Position numbers and translations under genes: made by a program
The notes under the pieces: model-generated
Databases searched by the model: none
What the model saw: the letters and a program-made list of their open reading frames with translations, nothing else
What the model was told of the DNA's origin: nothing
Shown here: positions 40,135 through 52,245 of the stretch, in pieces
Position numbering within the stretch: the first letter of the stretch is position 1
Layout: the number at the start of each line of letters is the position of its first letter
Assembly (NCBI RefSeq): GCF_036321535.1
Contig: NC_087436.1
Location: 116,376,001 to 116,440,000, forward strand
Length of the DNA stretch: 64,000 nt
DNA from: Camelus dromedarius
Lineage: Eukaryota
Direction: 5' to 3'

Positions 40135-40563
40135 TTTTATGGGTGGAATTTTGTACCCTAAACATCTATGCTGAAGTTCTAACCCCTAGTACCTTACAAT
40201 GTGACCTTATTTGGATAAAAAGCTGTTGTAGATGTAGTTAGTTAAGATGAAGTCATAGTGGAATGGGATGAGCCCCTAATCTACTACTAGAACAAGTGTC
40301 TCTATAAAAAAGGGAAATTTGGACACAGATCCAGATATGAACAGAAAGAGGATGAGGGTGATGCTTCTACAAACCAAAGGAAAGCCAAAGTTTGCCAAAT
40401 TTGCCAGAAGCTAGGAAGAGGCAAGGAGTCTCTTCTCCAGGTTTCAGAGGGAGGATGGCCCTGACAACACCTTGACTTCACACCTTCAGCTTCCAGAATT
40501 TCCGATGTTTTAAACTTCCCAGTTTCTGGTACTTTTTTACAGAAGCTCTGGAAAAATAATACA
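40135..40563 (+). mobile_element. MaLR LTR (MLT1B/C-like)
   Basis: CTAACCCCTAGTACC..ATGTGACCTTATTTGGA..CCAGAAGCTAGGAAGAGGCAAGG..AATAATACA. Confidence 0.85.
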
Positions 40564-40589
40564 ATCCTCATCTATCATGTGGAGATAAA

Positions 40590-40773
40590 TACTGTACAGC
40601 ACAGGGAAATATATACAAGATCTTGGGGTAGCTCACAGAGAAAAAAATATGACAATGAATATATATATATGAATATATATATATGTTCATGTATAACTGA
40701 AACATTGTGCTCTACACTGGAATTTGACACAACATTGTAAAATGATTATAAATCAATAAAAAATGTTAAAAAA
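40590..40773 (+). mobile_element. young L1 3' end (camelid-type)
   Basis: near-identical to 61792-61927: TGTGCTCTACACTGGAATTTGACACAACATTGTAAAATGATTATAAATCAATAAAAAATGTTAAAA. Confidence 0.92.
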
Positions 40774-42671
40774 TTAGTCTGCTTTTGGCTTAAAGACAAC
40801 TCAAATCATGTAACCAGCCATGTGTTTTTCTTTCTTTGGTTGACAGGACATCCAGAGCAGGGCAGTAACTGCAGAACCCAAGCAAGTGCGCCTGTATCAT
40901 CTGCGTGTCTTCACCTGGGCCCTACCGTCCCAGCTGTAGTCTGCCTTTACTCCAATGTCCTCATTTGTAGGGAACCTTACTGTATTGCATGAAGTTTTTT
41001 TTTTTTTAAATACACTTTTGAATGATATCCTACCTAATTGCTAAAATGTATAAAAACACAGATGGAGAAGAAATTCTAGAAGGGAGACAACTTGGTTTAA
41101 GTCACCATCTCTAGCAGGTGTAAAGCTGCAACCTGATCATGTTGTATTCCCAGTTCAGTGGAATTCCTTCACCAGGGTGCCCTCCAAACAGTGGAGGACT
41201 CCTCCAAACACCCTTGCCTCCATTCTTCTGACCCCTTCCCTGGGTCCCACAACTTTCCTGTCTGGAAGTCCCTACCCACATCAACCCAATCTTGACTCTA
41301 CTTCTTAAGCCAACCTTAACTCAGGCAGCACCCAGTGGTCCAATAGTACAGATGACTTGGGCTATAGACACCTGAAATTGTCTCCCTCCATAACCAGGAG
41401 CCCTTCACTCTGCCCAAGCTGATCTCTAACAATAACTAGTCTCCTCAAGGAATTGCCCCATTGGCTAAGCTACCGAGGTGGTGGGAAGAAAAAAAATAAA
41501 AACAGAGTAATGGAAAGATGATATGGAAGTTTTAGTCCTATTCCTCCTTCTTCTAGCTGGGTGATCTTGGACACATCACTTAGCCTCCTGGCACTTACTT
41601 AGTTCTTCATCAGCAAAATGGGAATATTTACCCCACAGGAAGGTTACATGGGTGGGAGATTCAGTGTCTCACACAGTTTTGACCCACAGTAAATGGTACC
41701 CTTTCCTAACACCCTCACTTCTATTGTCCAGTTAGTTGTTCAGCTTTGGCTGCCACTGTGTGTCCACGGGGTGAGCTCTGTGCTGTGATGGATTAGAGTG
41801 TAGCTTTTCTTGCTCTCCATCACTTCCCTCCATGGCAGCATGAATGACAGAGTTTCAGGAACAAGAAGACAAAAGCTGCCCATGGGTAGGAGAGAACAGA
41901 GCTGGGAGAGACTATGATTTCTCCCTTCTCAGAACGGCTATAGCTTGTCTCCTCTGATGGAAGACACGTGGGAGGCTCTGGAAGCACAAGTTATCAGCCT
42001 GGCCCAGGGAACGTGCTCATCTCTTCCTCACTTGTTCTGTCTTTGCTGCTGTTAGGATGGGACGTCTGAAATCTGAATAGCCTCTGTGATCCGGGCTCAG
42101 CAGTTTATCAAACAAAAGCTGACTTTTTCACCTGGAGCATTTTATTTCTCTCCAAAGCACCATTACGCAAAGAAGTTCAGATTGTTGATGTGGTCCGTGT
42201 TGAGACTGGTCTTCAGACTTCGCTATCAGAGAGGTGATGCCAGGACGTGGAGTGAGCACTGGCCTGGGAGAGAGAAGACGAAGACCTGGCTTCCCCTGAG
42301 GACCTGTGTGTGCCACAGGCTGAGCACGCCTGCATCTTCCATCCTGACCACACTTCTGTGTACCAGATACACTGATGTTCACAGCCCAGGGGAGGAGATC
42401 AGCTGTTCACCCCACTTCTCCAGCTATTTCTGGAAATAGGGTTTTAGTCCCAGTGCACCAGTTTTCTCTACATGAAGCTCTCCTGGCCTGCAGATAAGAC
42501 AGAACAGGTTATGGTGAGTCTCAGCAAGCCACATAGACTCTGTCTGAGCTTCTGTTTCTCAGCTTTGAAACTGAAGTATCTATCCTGGCCCTGATGGCTT
42601 CTGGAGTCACTATGCAACTCAGGCAAAGTAAGTGTCAAATAAAGTGAACATACCACCTGTCACCACACCCT

Positions 42672-43204
42672 TGTGTGCCTGGGACCCCCAAGAACACACC
42701 CATCTTTGGAAATTTACTAGAACTCAGCATACGGTTATGCTCACAGCTTAGATTTATTACAGGCCACAGTAGAGACACAGCCAGAGCGTCACAGAAATGA
42801 AGGCAGGCAGAGTCTGCAGGATCTGTGTGCGGCTTCCCTATGCTCTCGCTTCTTCTTGAGCAGTCAGACGAAGCACACTCTTCGGTCAGCAGTGAAAATG
42901 CAGAACATGCGTCCAGAGGAATCTGCTAGACGTTTGCTCAAGTTTGTCTTAGGGGCTCGCCACACAGGCCCCCTCTGCCTAGCACGTCCCAAATTCCAGA
43001 CTTCCAGAAAGAAAGCAACACAAACTATGCTGTCTCCATGGGGTAAGTACAGTGGGTCACACTTACCAGTTAGGAAAAGCTGTATATCAGTGTAGGGACC
43101 CGTATACCAGAGAAGTGCCCCAAAACAGTCTGGGGCCAACCTCGCAAGAAGGCCTTTCTAAAGACAGCCATCTCTGATCTGCTATGTCAAGCCTTTTCTG
43201 TACC
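42672..43204 (-). mobile_element. ERVL solo LTR (MER77/MER68 group)
   Basis: GGGACCCCCAAGA, CCTCTGCCTAGCACGTCCCAAATTCCAGACT, GGCCAACCTCGCAAGAAGGCCTTTCTAAAGACAGC..CTGCTATGT. Confidence 0.8.
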
Positions 43205-44279
43205 CTAAAATACTAGTGAGAGTGAATGGAGTGCTTACAGGATGGGACCCCAGGACAACAGACATGAATCAGGAATGCCCCAGGAAAACCAGGACATGGA
43301 CGTCTAGACATTTGACTGCCAAGCTGTGCAATGAAACATTGCCTTGCCTGTCCAGGTCTCAGATCTATCCTAACATAAGTCCAGTCTAATGGACGTAAGC
43401 TCTCTAGAAGGGCGATTTTCAACACTGCGTTCTGGTTCCACATGTGTGTTATCCCAAAGGAAGTTCCTGTAGTCATGCTTAGGCAGAAGTGAGGCATTGC
43501 TTTAAGAGGGAAAAGGGCCTTTCCAAATTAAGACATTGCTGAAAAATAGACTCATGTTTGTATTTGATTGTGTATCTTTAACTCTATATACTCAAATCAT
43601 CACATTAGAATTTTAATATTGCAAACAGCCCAGCAAAGAGGTTATTAATTAGAATTTCTAGCTATCTTCAGCCCATTAAATATGTTGCTTGTTAAAGGCA
43701 ATATAGTTTCAAGTTCAAATGGCTTAAAATAATGAGCAGGATTCATTTTTCGTTCATTAACACAGTTGTCAGTGTTCCCGGACAGGTGGCAATACAGCGA
43801 GTTTTACCGACCAGAGATGCAACCTCCAAGCTCAGGGGAAGAATCTTCCCAGGTGTCTCTGACTTACCCATTCTTGTCACATATCTCAGAAATGTGTTCT
43901 GTAATTCTCTGATCTTTTGACATTGCCATTCCCTGGTAAAAGAAATTTAATCAAAATATGTATGCTGGAATTTTACTTAAGCAGAAATAATGACACTCAT
44001 AAGTTCGGGTTTCTGTGTGAGCATTTGCATTAGAAATGTGCATCACTTTAAGCCTGCTTCTCTGCGGAGGTGAGTCACCTCCCAGGGAGTGGGGGCAGGC
44101 AAGGCTCAGCCTCTCCTCTCCTCCCCGTGGGGTGCATCTCTGCACGCCTGCACCTGGACCTTCAGGGAGGGGAAACAGCAGTGGGTAGATCCATCTGAAT
44201 GCATACTGCATCCTACTGAAGCATTTCTGCCTTGCATATCTCTGCCAGCCTGCCAGCATTTATTTTCATAAGAATTAAA

Positions 44280-44456
44280 TAAAATTATATATATTATATA
44301 TATAATACTATAAATTAACATATAATTATATATTATAGTGTATATTTGCATATTATGATGTATTTAATTTTCATATTATATATCTATATATTTTATATAT
44401 CATATTGTGTACATTATATATATCATATCATGTATACTTTATATATGTATATATAT
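44280..44456. repeat. AT-rich (TA)n-derived low-complexity tract
   Basis: direct reading. Confidence 0.9.
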
Positions 44457-44948
44457 GAGAAGATTGCAGGTTCAGGTCCAGACCCCCATAATAAAGCAAA
44501 TATCACAATAAAGCAAGTTGCACTAATTATTTTTGTTTCCTAGCACAGATAAAAGTTATCTTTACACTCTGCGATACTCTGTTAAGTGTGCAATCGCATT
44601 ATATTTTGAAAAAACAATGTGCATGCCTTAATTTAAAAATCCTTTATTGCTGAAAAATGCTAACCAGCATCTGAGCCTTCAGCCCATCGTAATCTCTTGG
44701 CAATAAAAAGATCAACCATCACTGAGCACAGGTAATCATAACAAATGTAATAACAGTGAAAAAATTTGGAATACTGTGAGAATTACCAAAATGTAAATGA
44801 CACAGAGACACAAAATGAGCGAATGCTTTTGGAGAAATGGTATCAATAGACTTGCTAAACACAAGGTTGCCACAAGACTTCAATTTGTAAACAACACAAT
44901 GTCTGCAAAGTGCAATAAAGTGAAACACAATAAAATGAGGGATGCCTG
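44457..44948 (-). mobile_element. Tigger1 internal-deletion MITE (Tigger1a-type)
   Basis: ATTGCAGGTTCAGGTCCAGACC..AATAAAGCAAATATCACAATAAAGC and TGACACAGAGACAC..GTTGCCACAA..AATAAAATGAGGGATGCCTG are the two Tigger1 ends, fused at about 44700. Confidence 0.9.
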
Positions 44949-45027
44949 TGTGTGTGTATATATATGTGTGTATACACACACACACACACACACACACGAA
45001 GAGAGAGAGAAAGAGAGAATGCTTATA

Positions 45028-45465
45028 TATGGAGTGGGTTGAATGGTACACTGGCCCAGAATATATGTCCTCATCCTCACCCCCAGAACCTGTGAACATG
45101 TGACTTACCTTGAAAAAAGGTCTTTGCAGATATAATTACATTAAGGATCTGGAGATGAGATCATCCTGGATGATCCAGCTGTGCCATATACCCAATGACA
45201 GTTGTCAAAAGAGAAAGACAGAGGGAGACATGAGACGGAGAAGAGGCCATGTGAAGACAGAGCAGAGACTGGAGTGATGCAGCCACAAGCCAAGGAACAT
45301 CATTTGGAGTCACCAGAAGCTGGAAGAGGCAAGCCAAGAATCTCCCTAGAGTTTTTGGAGGGGGCATGGCTCCTTTATTTTGGACTTCTGGCCTCCACAA
45401 CTGTGAGAAAATAAATTCTTATTGTTTTAAGACATGAGTTTGATGTGATTATTTATGGCCCAAGG
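45028..45465 (+). mobile_element. MaLR LTR (MLT1C-like)
   Basis: AGGTCTTTGCAGATATAATTA..GAGATGAGATCATCCTGGA..GCAGCCACAAGCCAAGGAA..AACTGTGAGAAAATAAA. Confidence 0.88.
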
Positions 45466-45605
45466 TAGATACAGATATAGAAGTAGATGTGGATGTGGAT
45501 GTAGATGTGGATATAGAAGTAGATGTAGATGTGGGTATAGAAGTGGGTGTGGATGTGGGTATAGGTGTAGATGCAGATGCAGATATGATGTAGATAAAGA
45601 TATAG
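45466..45605. repeat. degenerate (GATGTR)n hexamer repeat
   Basis: GATGTA/GATGTG/GATATA units with recurring TATAGAAGT. Confidence 0.9.
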
Positions 45606-45821
45606 CTGTACGTATAACCTACAACCAGCTCAGACCTGGGCACACATTTTATTTCCAATAAATTTTCTTGACTTCTCTGTCCTCTGTCCTGGCCTGTGTC
45701 AGTTCCCTGGAGTGATAGTAGCTCTGAAAATTCAGCACCCTCCTGTTCCAAATATCCCTTATCTAATTTCCAGTTTGCACCAAAATCTTCTCTTTAAAAG
45801 TCTCTTCCCCTTGATCTCACC

Positions 45822-46198
45822 TATTATGGGCTGAATCATGTCCCTGATAATTCAGATGTTGAGGTGCTAACCCCCAACACCTCAGAATGAGACTGTATTT
45901 GAAGATGAGCCTTTAAAGATGTAATTAAGATACAATGAGGTCATTTAGGTGGGGGGCCCTAGTACGTTAAGACTGGTGTCCTTATAAGAAGAAGAGGATT
46001 AGACACAGACACACACAGGAGGAAGACCAAGAAAAAACACAGGGAGAAGGTGAGCATCTACAGGCCAAGGAGAGAGTCTCAGAAGGAACCCACTCTGCTT
46101 ATCCCTCGATCTTGGACTTTCAGCCTCCAGAACTGTCTATTGTTTTAAGCCCCTAGTGTGTGGTATTTTGCAATCAGTCTCAGCAACCTAACAGGACA
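45822..46198 (+). mobile_element. MaLR LTR (MLT1B-like)
   Basis: TATGGGCTGAAT..CCTCAGAATGAGACTGTATTTG..GACTGGTGTCCTTATAAGAAG..GATCTTGGACTTTCAGCCTCCAGAACTGT. Confidence 0.88.
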
Positions 46199-47406
46199 AC
46201 CTTGCAACAAAGAAAGATCAAGATGCTTGCTGCTTTCTAAATCAGGACCCGGGGGTGTGTCACTAAGGCTCACCAAATTTCCACACTGCTTATGATATGG
46301 GGAAGGTGCTCAGAAATCTCTCATCAGTGACCCATCACAGTTGAAAGATGAGGAGCCCCGTGGGAAAAAAATTGTTCTCAGAGAATTCATTTCTTTCGTT
46401 TCCTGGAATGGAATGTGCTGCTGCCAATGACGGTACTGGTGGGGCCGCCCTGAACCCCACAAGGCAGTAACTGCGCCATGCACTTACAGAGCCTCTGCCA
46501 CACGTCTGGCTCCATGCAGAGCTCTTTTCATGTAACACCTCATTTAATGCTCACACAATGTCTTCAAATTAGCCACCGCTGTTATCTTACTCTATGAAGA
46601 AGCGAACAGGTCACAGAGCCTGCACGCAGAGTTGCTGCGGGTGTAAACCCAGGCCATCTGCCTCCTGAGGGTGCTTTGCAAGCCTGCGGGAGTCTGTGAA
46701 AAACAGAGACCTCGGTGGATTTCAGCCCTTTCTCACTCCTAAACATTTCCTCATGATTTATTTGTTGTTATTTTTTCTGCTCTTAATCACTCAGGATCTG
46801 CTACTTGGAAACAGGTTTAAAAACAACAGATTTTTTTGGCATCAACTGCCAAAAAGACATCAAATGGAAGCAAATATATTGGTGATAATGTTTCCTGTGG
46901 GGAACGCTAAAGATTTTTGAAATATAATGCAATCTCCTACTATGACCTTTTCCAAAGCCCTGCAAAAAAAGAAAAAAAAATTAATAAAGAGGGGAAAAGG
47001 GGGACAGAGCTTTTTTTATCATATTGGATTTTTATTGACTCTGGTGTCAAGGGTGTTATTGAGGGCCTCCTGTCTGGTGGGCTTGGCAAAGACGCACAGC
47101 TGTAGATTTATCATGTGTCTTATTTATGCCTTTGCTCCTTCCAACAGACACTGGAATCATAGGACTGCAAGCGGGATACTGTGTTCCCCTTGTGTTTTCC
47201 ATGAAGAGGCACATTTCTCCTAAATGTTTTCATGTCTCTTTCTGCCTGTTTTGCTTTCTCATGACTTACCAGGTTGGTAAATTTGGGAAGAATAAATGGG
47301 GGCATGCTCAGCTCAGCCCAGTCCTTCTTTTTTGTTGTGATCCTGGCTGCCCCCCAGAAAGTCTTCTCTAGCCTCTCCTGGAGGTGGATTTTGTGGACAC
47401 ACCTGG

Positions 47407-47790
47407 CATGGCAGGAGTTTTTGGTGTCTTCCACCACATCTTTTTGGCCCCTCTTTCGTTGCAGCCGTAGCTGCCGTGATTCAAGCTCAGATTCAGGCAG
47501 CAGAATCCTCCCTCCAGGGCATGTTACAAGTCTGTCCTTGTTCTGCCTCAGGGACTTCTCCAGGGCTGCAGGAAGCTGCCCAACCAGCAAACTTGTGCAG
47601 CAGAGGGGCCAGGGAGCCACATCCCTGGAGGCAACACTCTGTCAGGAAGGAGAGGAGCCAGGGGATGTACCTCCCTTCTTCCCATCTTTCAGACTCTCAT
47701 TTCTGCTTCCTGCAATCACCCTGCAAATAATCTTCCTACTCCCCAGTCCTTGTCAGAGTCCCCAGTTCAGAAGAAACCCAAACTAAGACG
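47407..47790 (+). mobile_element. LTR16-family ERVL solo LTR with internal deletion
   Basis: end TGCTTCCTGCAATCACCCTGCAAATAA..AGTCCTTGTCAG..AACCCAAACTAAGACG matches the LTR16 3' terminus; body resembles 29117-29586. Confidence 0.7.
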
Positions 47791-48537
47791 TCGCTGGATG
47801 CTGCCTTTCTTGAAGTAAGCTGTTTTGCCCCGACGTGAAGCAAAGTCCTTCAGCTTCTATCCACAATAAAGCTTCTGTTTGGCCTCTTTATTAAGCTGGC
47901 TTTATGTCTGAAATTGCTCAGATTGAGCAGGAGAAGATTTGTGCTGTTTTTGAGGGGTTACTCAGAGACCCCAGCATGGAGAAATGTTTAAAGCTTGCAT
48001 AGTATCTTATACTTTGCAACATGGTCTGTTCTGCACTTTCAAAAGTGTGAGGGAAACACTCACAGAGGAGGAGTCTCACAAGACCACTCGTTAACCTGTG
48101 CAACCTCAGGCATGTCACAAACTCGGCTGAGCAAACATTAAATGAGAGAAAGGGGATCTAAGAAACCATGTTGCCTTCAAAATGCTCACTTTGAACTAGA
48201 AGGCAGGAATAAGAGTGTGAAGCAGAGTTTGGCAGAAAAAGTTGTATGGCCTTTAAGCCCCCAGTATGGCTACGTTACAGCATTGGAAGGTGGGCAAGCG
48301 TCTGCTTCCCACCACCTCGGCTTTGCCGGGGCCACTGTGGATTCTGACTCTAGCACCTCCTACCGTGTGACCGTGCACAGGTGGCGTAACATCTCTAGGT
48401 CCTGTATCCACATCTGGAAAATGGACATAAGATGTGGAAATTCTTTACTGAAGTGGAGTGAGGATGAATACAGTGAAGTGGGTGGAGCAGTCGGCAAGGT
48501 GTTTACCACACATTAACCCTAATTAATGCTAGACGGT

Positions 48538-48880
48538 TGTATCTGTCATCTATGGCTGTGCATGCATCACCATGACAGTTAGCAGTTTGAAAACACAATG
48601 AACACTTATTATGTCCTACAGTTTCTGTGAGTCAGGAACTTGGGGACACTTAGCTGGGTGGTTCTGACTCAGAATTTCCCGTAAGGATTCAGTGGGGTGT
48701 CAGCTGGGGCTGCAGTCATCCAAACTGTTGGCTGGGGTTGGAGGATCTGGTTCCGAGGCGGCAGCTGCCCTTCGTGGCTGGCACGTCTGTGTTGGCACTT
48801 AGCAGAGGTCCCCTTTCCTTGCCACTGGGATGTCTCTTTAAGGCTGGCAGAGTTCCCTTATGACACGACAGCTGACTTCC
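48538..48880 (-). mobile_element. MaLR LTR (MLT1G/H-like)
   Basis: CAGTTTCTGTGAGTCAGGAA..CTTAGCTGGGTGGTTCTG..GTCAGCTGGGGCTGCAGTCATC. Confidence 0.8.
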
Positions 48881-50889
48881 TATATGTAGATCTAGAATCT
48901 ATATCTACATCTGTATCACATCTATCTCTATATGGTTTAAGACAAATTTTAAGGTCACTGGTTCTAAACAGAAGAGCAGAAAGGAAGGAGGGGTCATGCT
49001 CCTTCAAAGGAGCATATTGGATTTGGATAAGTGGAGAGGCAGCAACAACACATGCAGAGGTATGGGGGCAAGAGTGACACAGATCTGAAAGGCCGATGGA
49101 GAGACTAGTTGGATAAAATCATTGTGTAGCTAGAGACTCAGGTTGGAAAGAGCACAGGGAGGAGTAGTAACAGACGGGAAGTGGAGAGGAGAGCAGTGAG
49201 GTCCATGACACGTGATGGGGAGCATCAGAGCAGGGAACAACCTGACTGAAGCAGCAGCGATCACAATGGGCTGGGACGCTGGCGTTGGGAACCTTGAAAA
49301 ATCCTGGCAGCAGAACACTGCTCAGCATCTCAGTATTCATTTATTATGAGCAAAATGCATGTCATCGCAGGGTAATAAGCACTAATTTACTTAAAGACCC
49401 TTTGAGAGAAGGTAGTCTACTCTGCCTTCCACACAAATTGAAATTAAGATATTAGGGAACTTGCAGAAGACAGTTCTGTGAGCTGACAGCCCAAGTAATC
49501 TTCCTGGGAATCAGTAATTATGGCCAAGTCTGGGCACATTTTGGGGAAGCCTTGTGGTGGCAGACACTTTGCCAACTTTTCCTGAATCATGTCATCTGTG
49601 TCATGTGAGCGGTTTGCACTTTCACTGCTATGTACAAGGGTCCTCACGGATCCCTCACAGCCCATCTGATAGTAACTGAGCATCATTTCCTATTGCTAGT
49701 TCCCACCTCCTGATTTCCAGAGTGGGCAGCGGGATGTTGAAGAGGGAAGAGCTTACGATGTTAAGAGTCAGACTGACTTTGAGTTCAAAACCCCAGTCAC
49801 TTAATACATGAATTTATGTCTATTTCTAAACAAAAATATATGATATATGTACACATGCATTATACATGAATGTAAATACAGAATAACAATCTGGAAAGAT
49901 TGTAAGGGGAATTAAATGAAATTCACTTGGAAATGTATCTAGTATATGGAAAGCAATAGCTCCCTTCACTTTTGCTTGTCCCCTCAAGTCACATAACAGA
50001 GACTATAAATACTGAAAGGAATCAGATATTATTCTCTGATAGTGGTGACCTTGAAGCAATAGTGACACCCTGATTGGCAGATCTTAACCCAGAAGAATAC
50101 TGTGGTCAAGTGAGGCTCCCAGCAGCCATTACTGCTCAGATACTCTCCAGTCTCTCCTTGTTGTTCCATTTTTAATCCACTCACTGGTGACCCTGGAATT
50201 TCCTCCCTCAGACTTGGGTTTTAACATCCTAAGCACATTGACTTGTGTCCAATGCTGCTTTTGAATGACAAGTTTTTCTCTTCTCTGGTGCTTAATCTGT
50301 GCCCTCCCCAGAATCTAACTTTTGTTTGTCTTTCCTCTTTCAGGATAACAACTCAAAATCTATTCTCTGGTATAAACCAAAGAAATCATCCAGTTCCAAC
50401 ATTCCTAAGACATGTGAATCAAGTCCACAAGCTATTCTTGGGAAACACATTAGATCAGGAAGAATTAAGCTTTTTTTTTTTTAATTGAAGCTATTTCCCA
50501 GGAAATTTTTCTGTTCTGACTAAGGACATCAGAAGATGTGGGGTTTAATATTCATGTTAACAATTAGCAAGTAATTGATTCCTGACCCCAGGTCCAGAGA
50601 AAGCCAATGAGACCCCATCTACATGTCAGGGTTTTGGGTAATAGGATTTAGGTTTCAAATCTACCTGGGAGAAGTTTTACTTGAAGACTGAGGGATTTGG
50701 GACCAGAATTCTGATAAATCAGAATCAATCTGGACCAAGGGAAATGGTATTTAGTGCTCAGTCTGAAAAATAAAGTACACTGAAAATGGGAAAGTAGCTG
50801 AAAAATTAATATTTGGAAAGGTCATAGGTGAGAGGTAGATAGCTGTGTTTAGGGCTAGAGCCATGGATGGTCCAGAACTAAGGCCTGGA

Positions 50890-50925
50890 CTCCTCTTTCA
50901 TTTGGGGCTCCTCTTTCATTTGGGG
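50890..50925. repeat. perfect 18-bp tandem duplication
   Basis: CTCCTCTTTCATTTGGGG twice. Confidence 0.95.
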
Positions 50926-51569
50926 CCACGGGTATATGGCTGCAGACACAGACCTGGGAAAACACTGCTTCTCTGAGCCATCGCTTCTCATCACAGCTAT
51001 CTCATATTTAGTACTGAACCATGTATGGGGAGGAAAATAAAATGTGCAAGAATTGCTTACAAGACAAATGCTAGTTGAAGTTTAACCTTAAACAGATGGT
51101 GCGCCCTTCCCAGACTTCTGCAGGACACTTTTCTCGCCATGCAAGCAAACTTACAAATCGTTCCAGCTGTTCCCAAATCTCACCCAGGTTTGTGGCCAGG
51201 CGGGGATGATGTCTTGCATTAACTCCACTGCCTTTTTATTAGAACCTTCCACTCCCAGCAGGGATTCTCAGTTCTAAGGGCTCAGGGGAGAGACCAGGAA
51301 CAAAAGACGGTTTGTGGTGGAGTGTAAGACAGCCAATTTTTCGGTTTTGTTTTGCTTTTGTTAATTCAGGTCATGGCAGGGAGTTACCTGCAAAGCACAA
51401 GCCTAGGACACCTGTTCTCACCTTGATGACTTTCACCATTGCAGTCTCAGCAGGGAATTACGCTTTGACTTCCTCTTGTTTATATAACATTCAAGTATAA
51501 TAATGCAATACAACAACAGCATATATAATATATAACATTGCATATATAATAATTATACATTATAATAGT

Positions 51570-52245
51570 AAACTAACATTTACTGAGGACCTATAAATAA
51601 TAGGCCAATTTTTTTATTGAAGTATAGTCGATTTAAATGTTGTGTTAATTTCCTGTATACAGCATAGTAATTCTGTTATATAATATATACATACTTTTTC
51701 ATATTCTTTTTCATTATAGGTTATTAAAAGATACTGAATATAGTTCCCTGCACTATACAGTGGGACCTTGTTGTTTATCTATTTTATATGTAGTAGTTAT
51801 TATCTGCAAATCCCAAACTTCTAATTTATCCCTCCCTCTCCTTTCCTCTTTGGTAACCGTAAGTTTGTTTTCTATGTCTGGGAGTTTCTTTCTGTTTTGT
51901 AAATAAGTTCATTTGTGTCATGTCTTTAGATTCCACATTATAAGTGATACCATATGGTGTTGGTCTTTCTCTGTCTTTCACGTCACTTTCTATGATAATC
52001 TCCAGGTCCGTCCATGTTGTTGTAATGGCATTACTTCATTCATTTTTACTAATGGGCCAAGTTTGTTCAAAATACTTTCAACCTTAAATTCTCTCATCAA
52101 CCCATCATATGATGGAAATGCCATTATCCTCAATTTACAGATGAAGATATTAAAGCACAGGATGGTACCCAGGGTGATGCAGCTGGTAAGGGTGAATAGA
52201 AGTCGAACCCAAGCAGTTTGCTCCAGAGCCAGCCCTCGCACCCTG
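51570..52245 (-). mobile_element. MIR split by the L1 at 51609-52049
   Basis: CTAACATTTACTGAG before the L1; ATTATCCTCAATTTACAGATGAAG..TCGAACCCAAGCAG after it. Confidence 0.75.
51609..52049 (-). mobile_element. cetartiodactyl-type L1 3' end inserted in a MIR, with TSD
   Basis: TTTATTGAAGTATAGTCGATT..TAGATTCCACA..; TSD TAATAGGCCAA (51598-608) and TAATGGGCCAA (52050-60). Confidence 0.92.

Noticed and set aside
45449..45751. STSTST and RCGCRC ORFs resembling mucin or metallothionein
   Set aside because: Translations of a hexamer simple repeat
47120..47620. Resemblance to type II keratin (ELESR, DVVED.KN, KKD)
   Set aside because: Motifs are short, out of order or wrongly spaced, with no heptad continuity; much of the region is antisense LTR16
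29117..47790. Two same-strand LTR16 copies as ends of one provirus
   Set aside because: The internal sequence lies upstream of the first LTR, and the 18 kb between them contains older MIR/L2 and unique DNA
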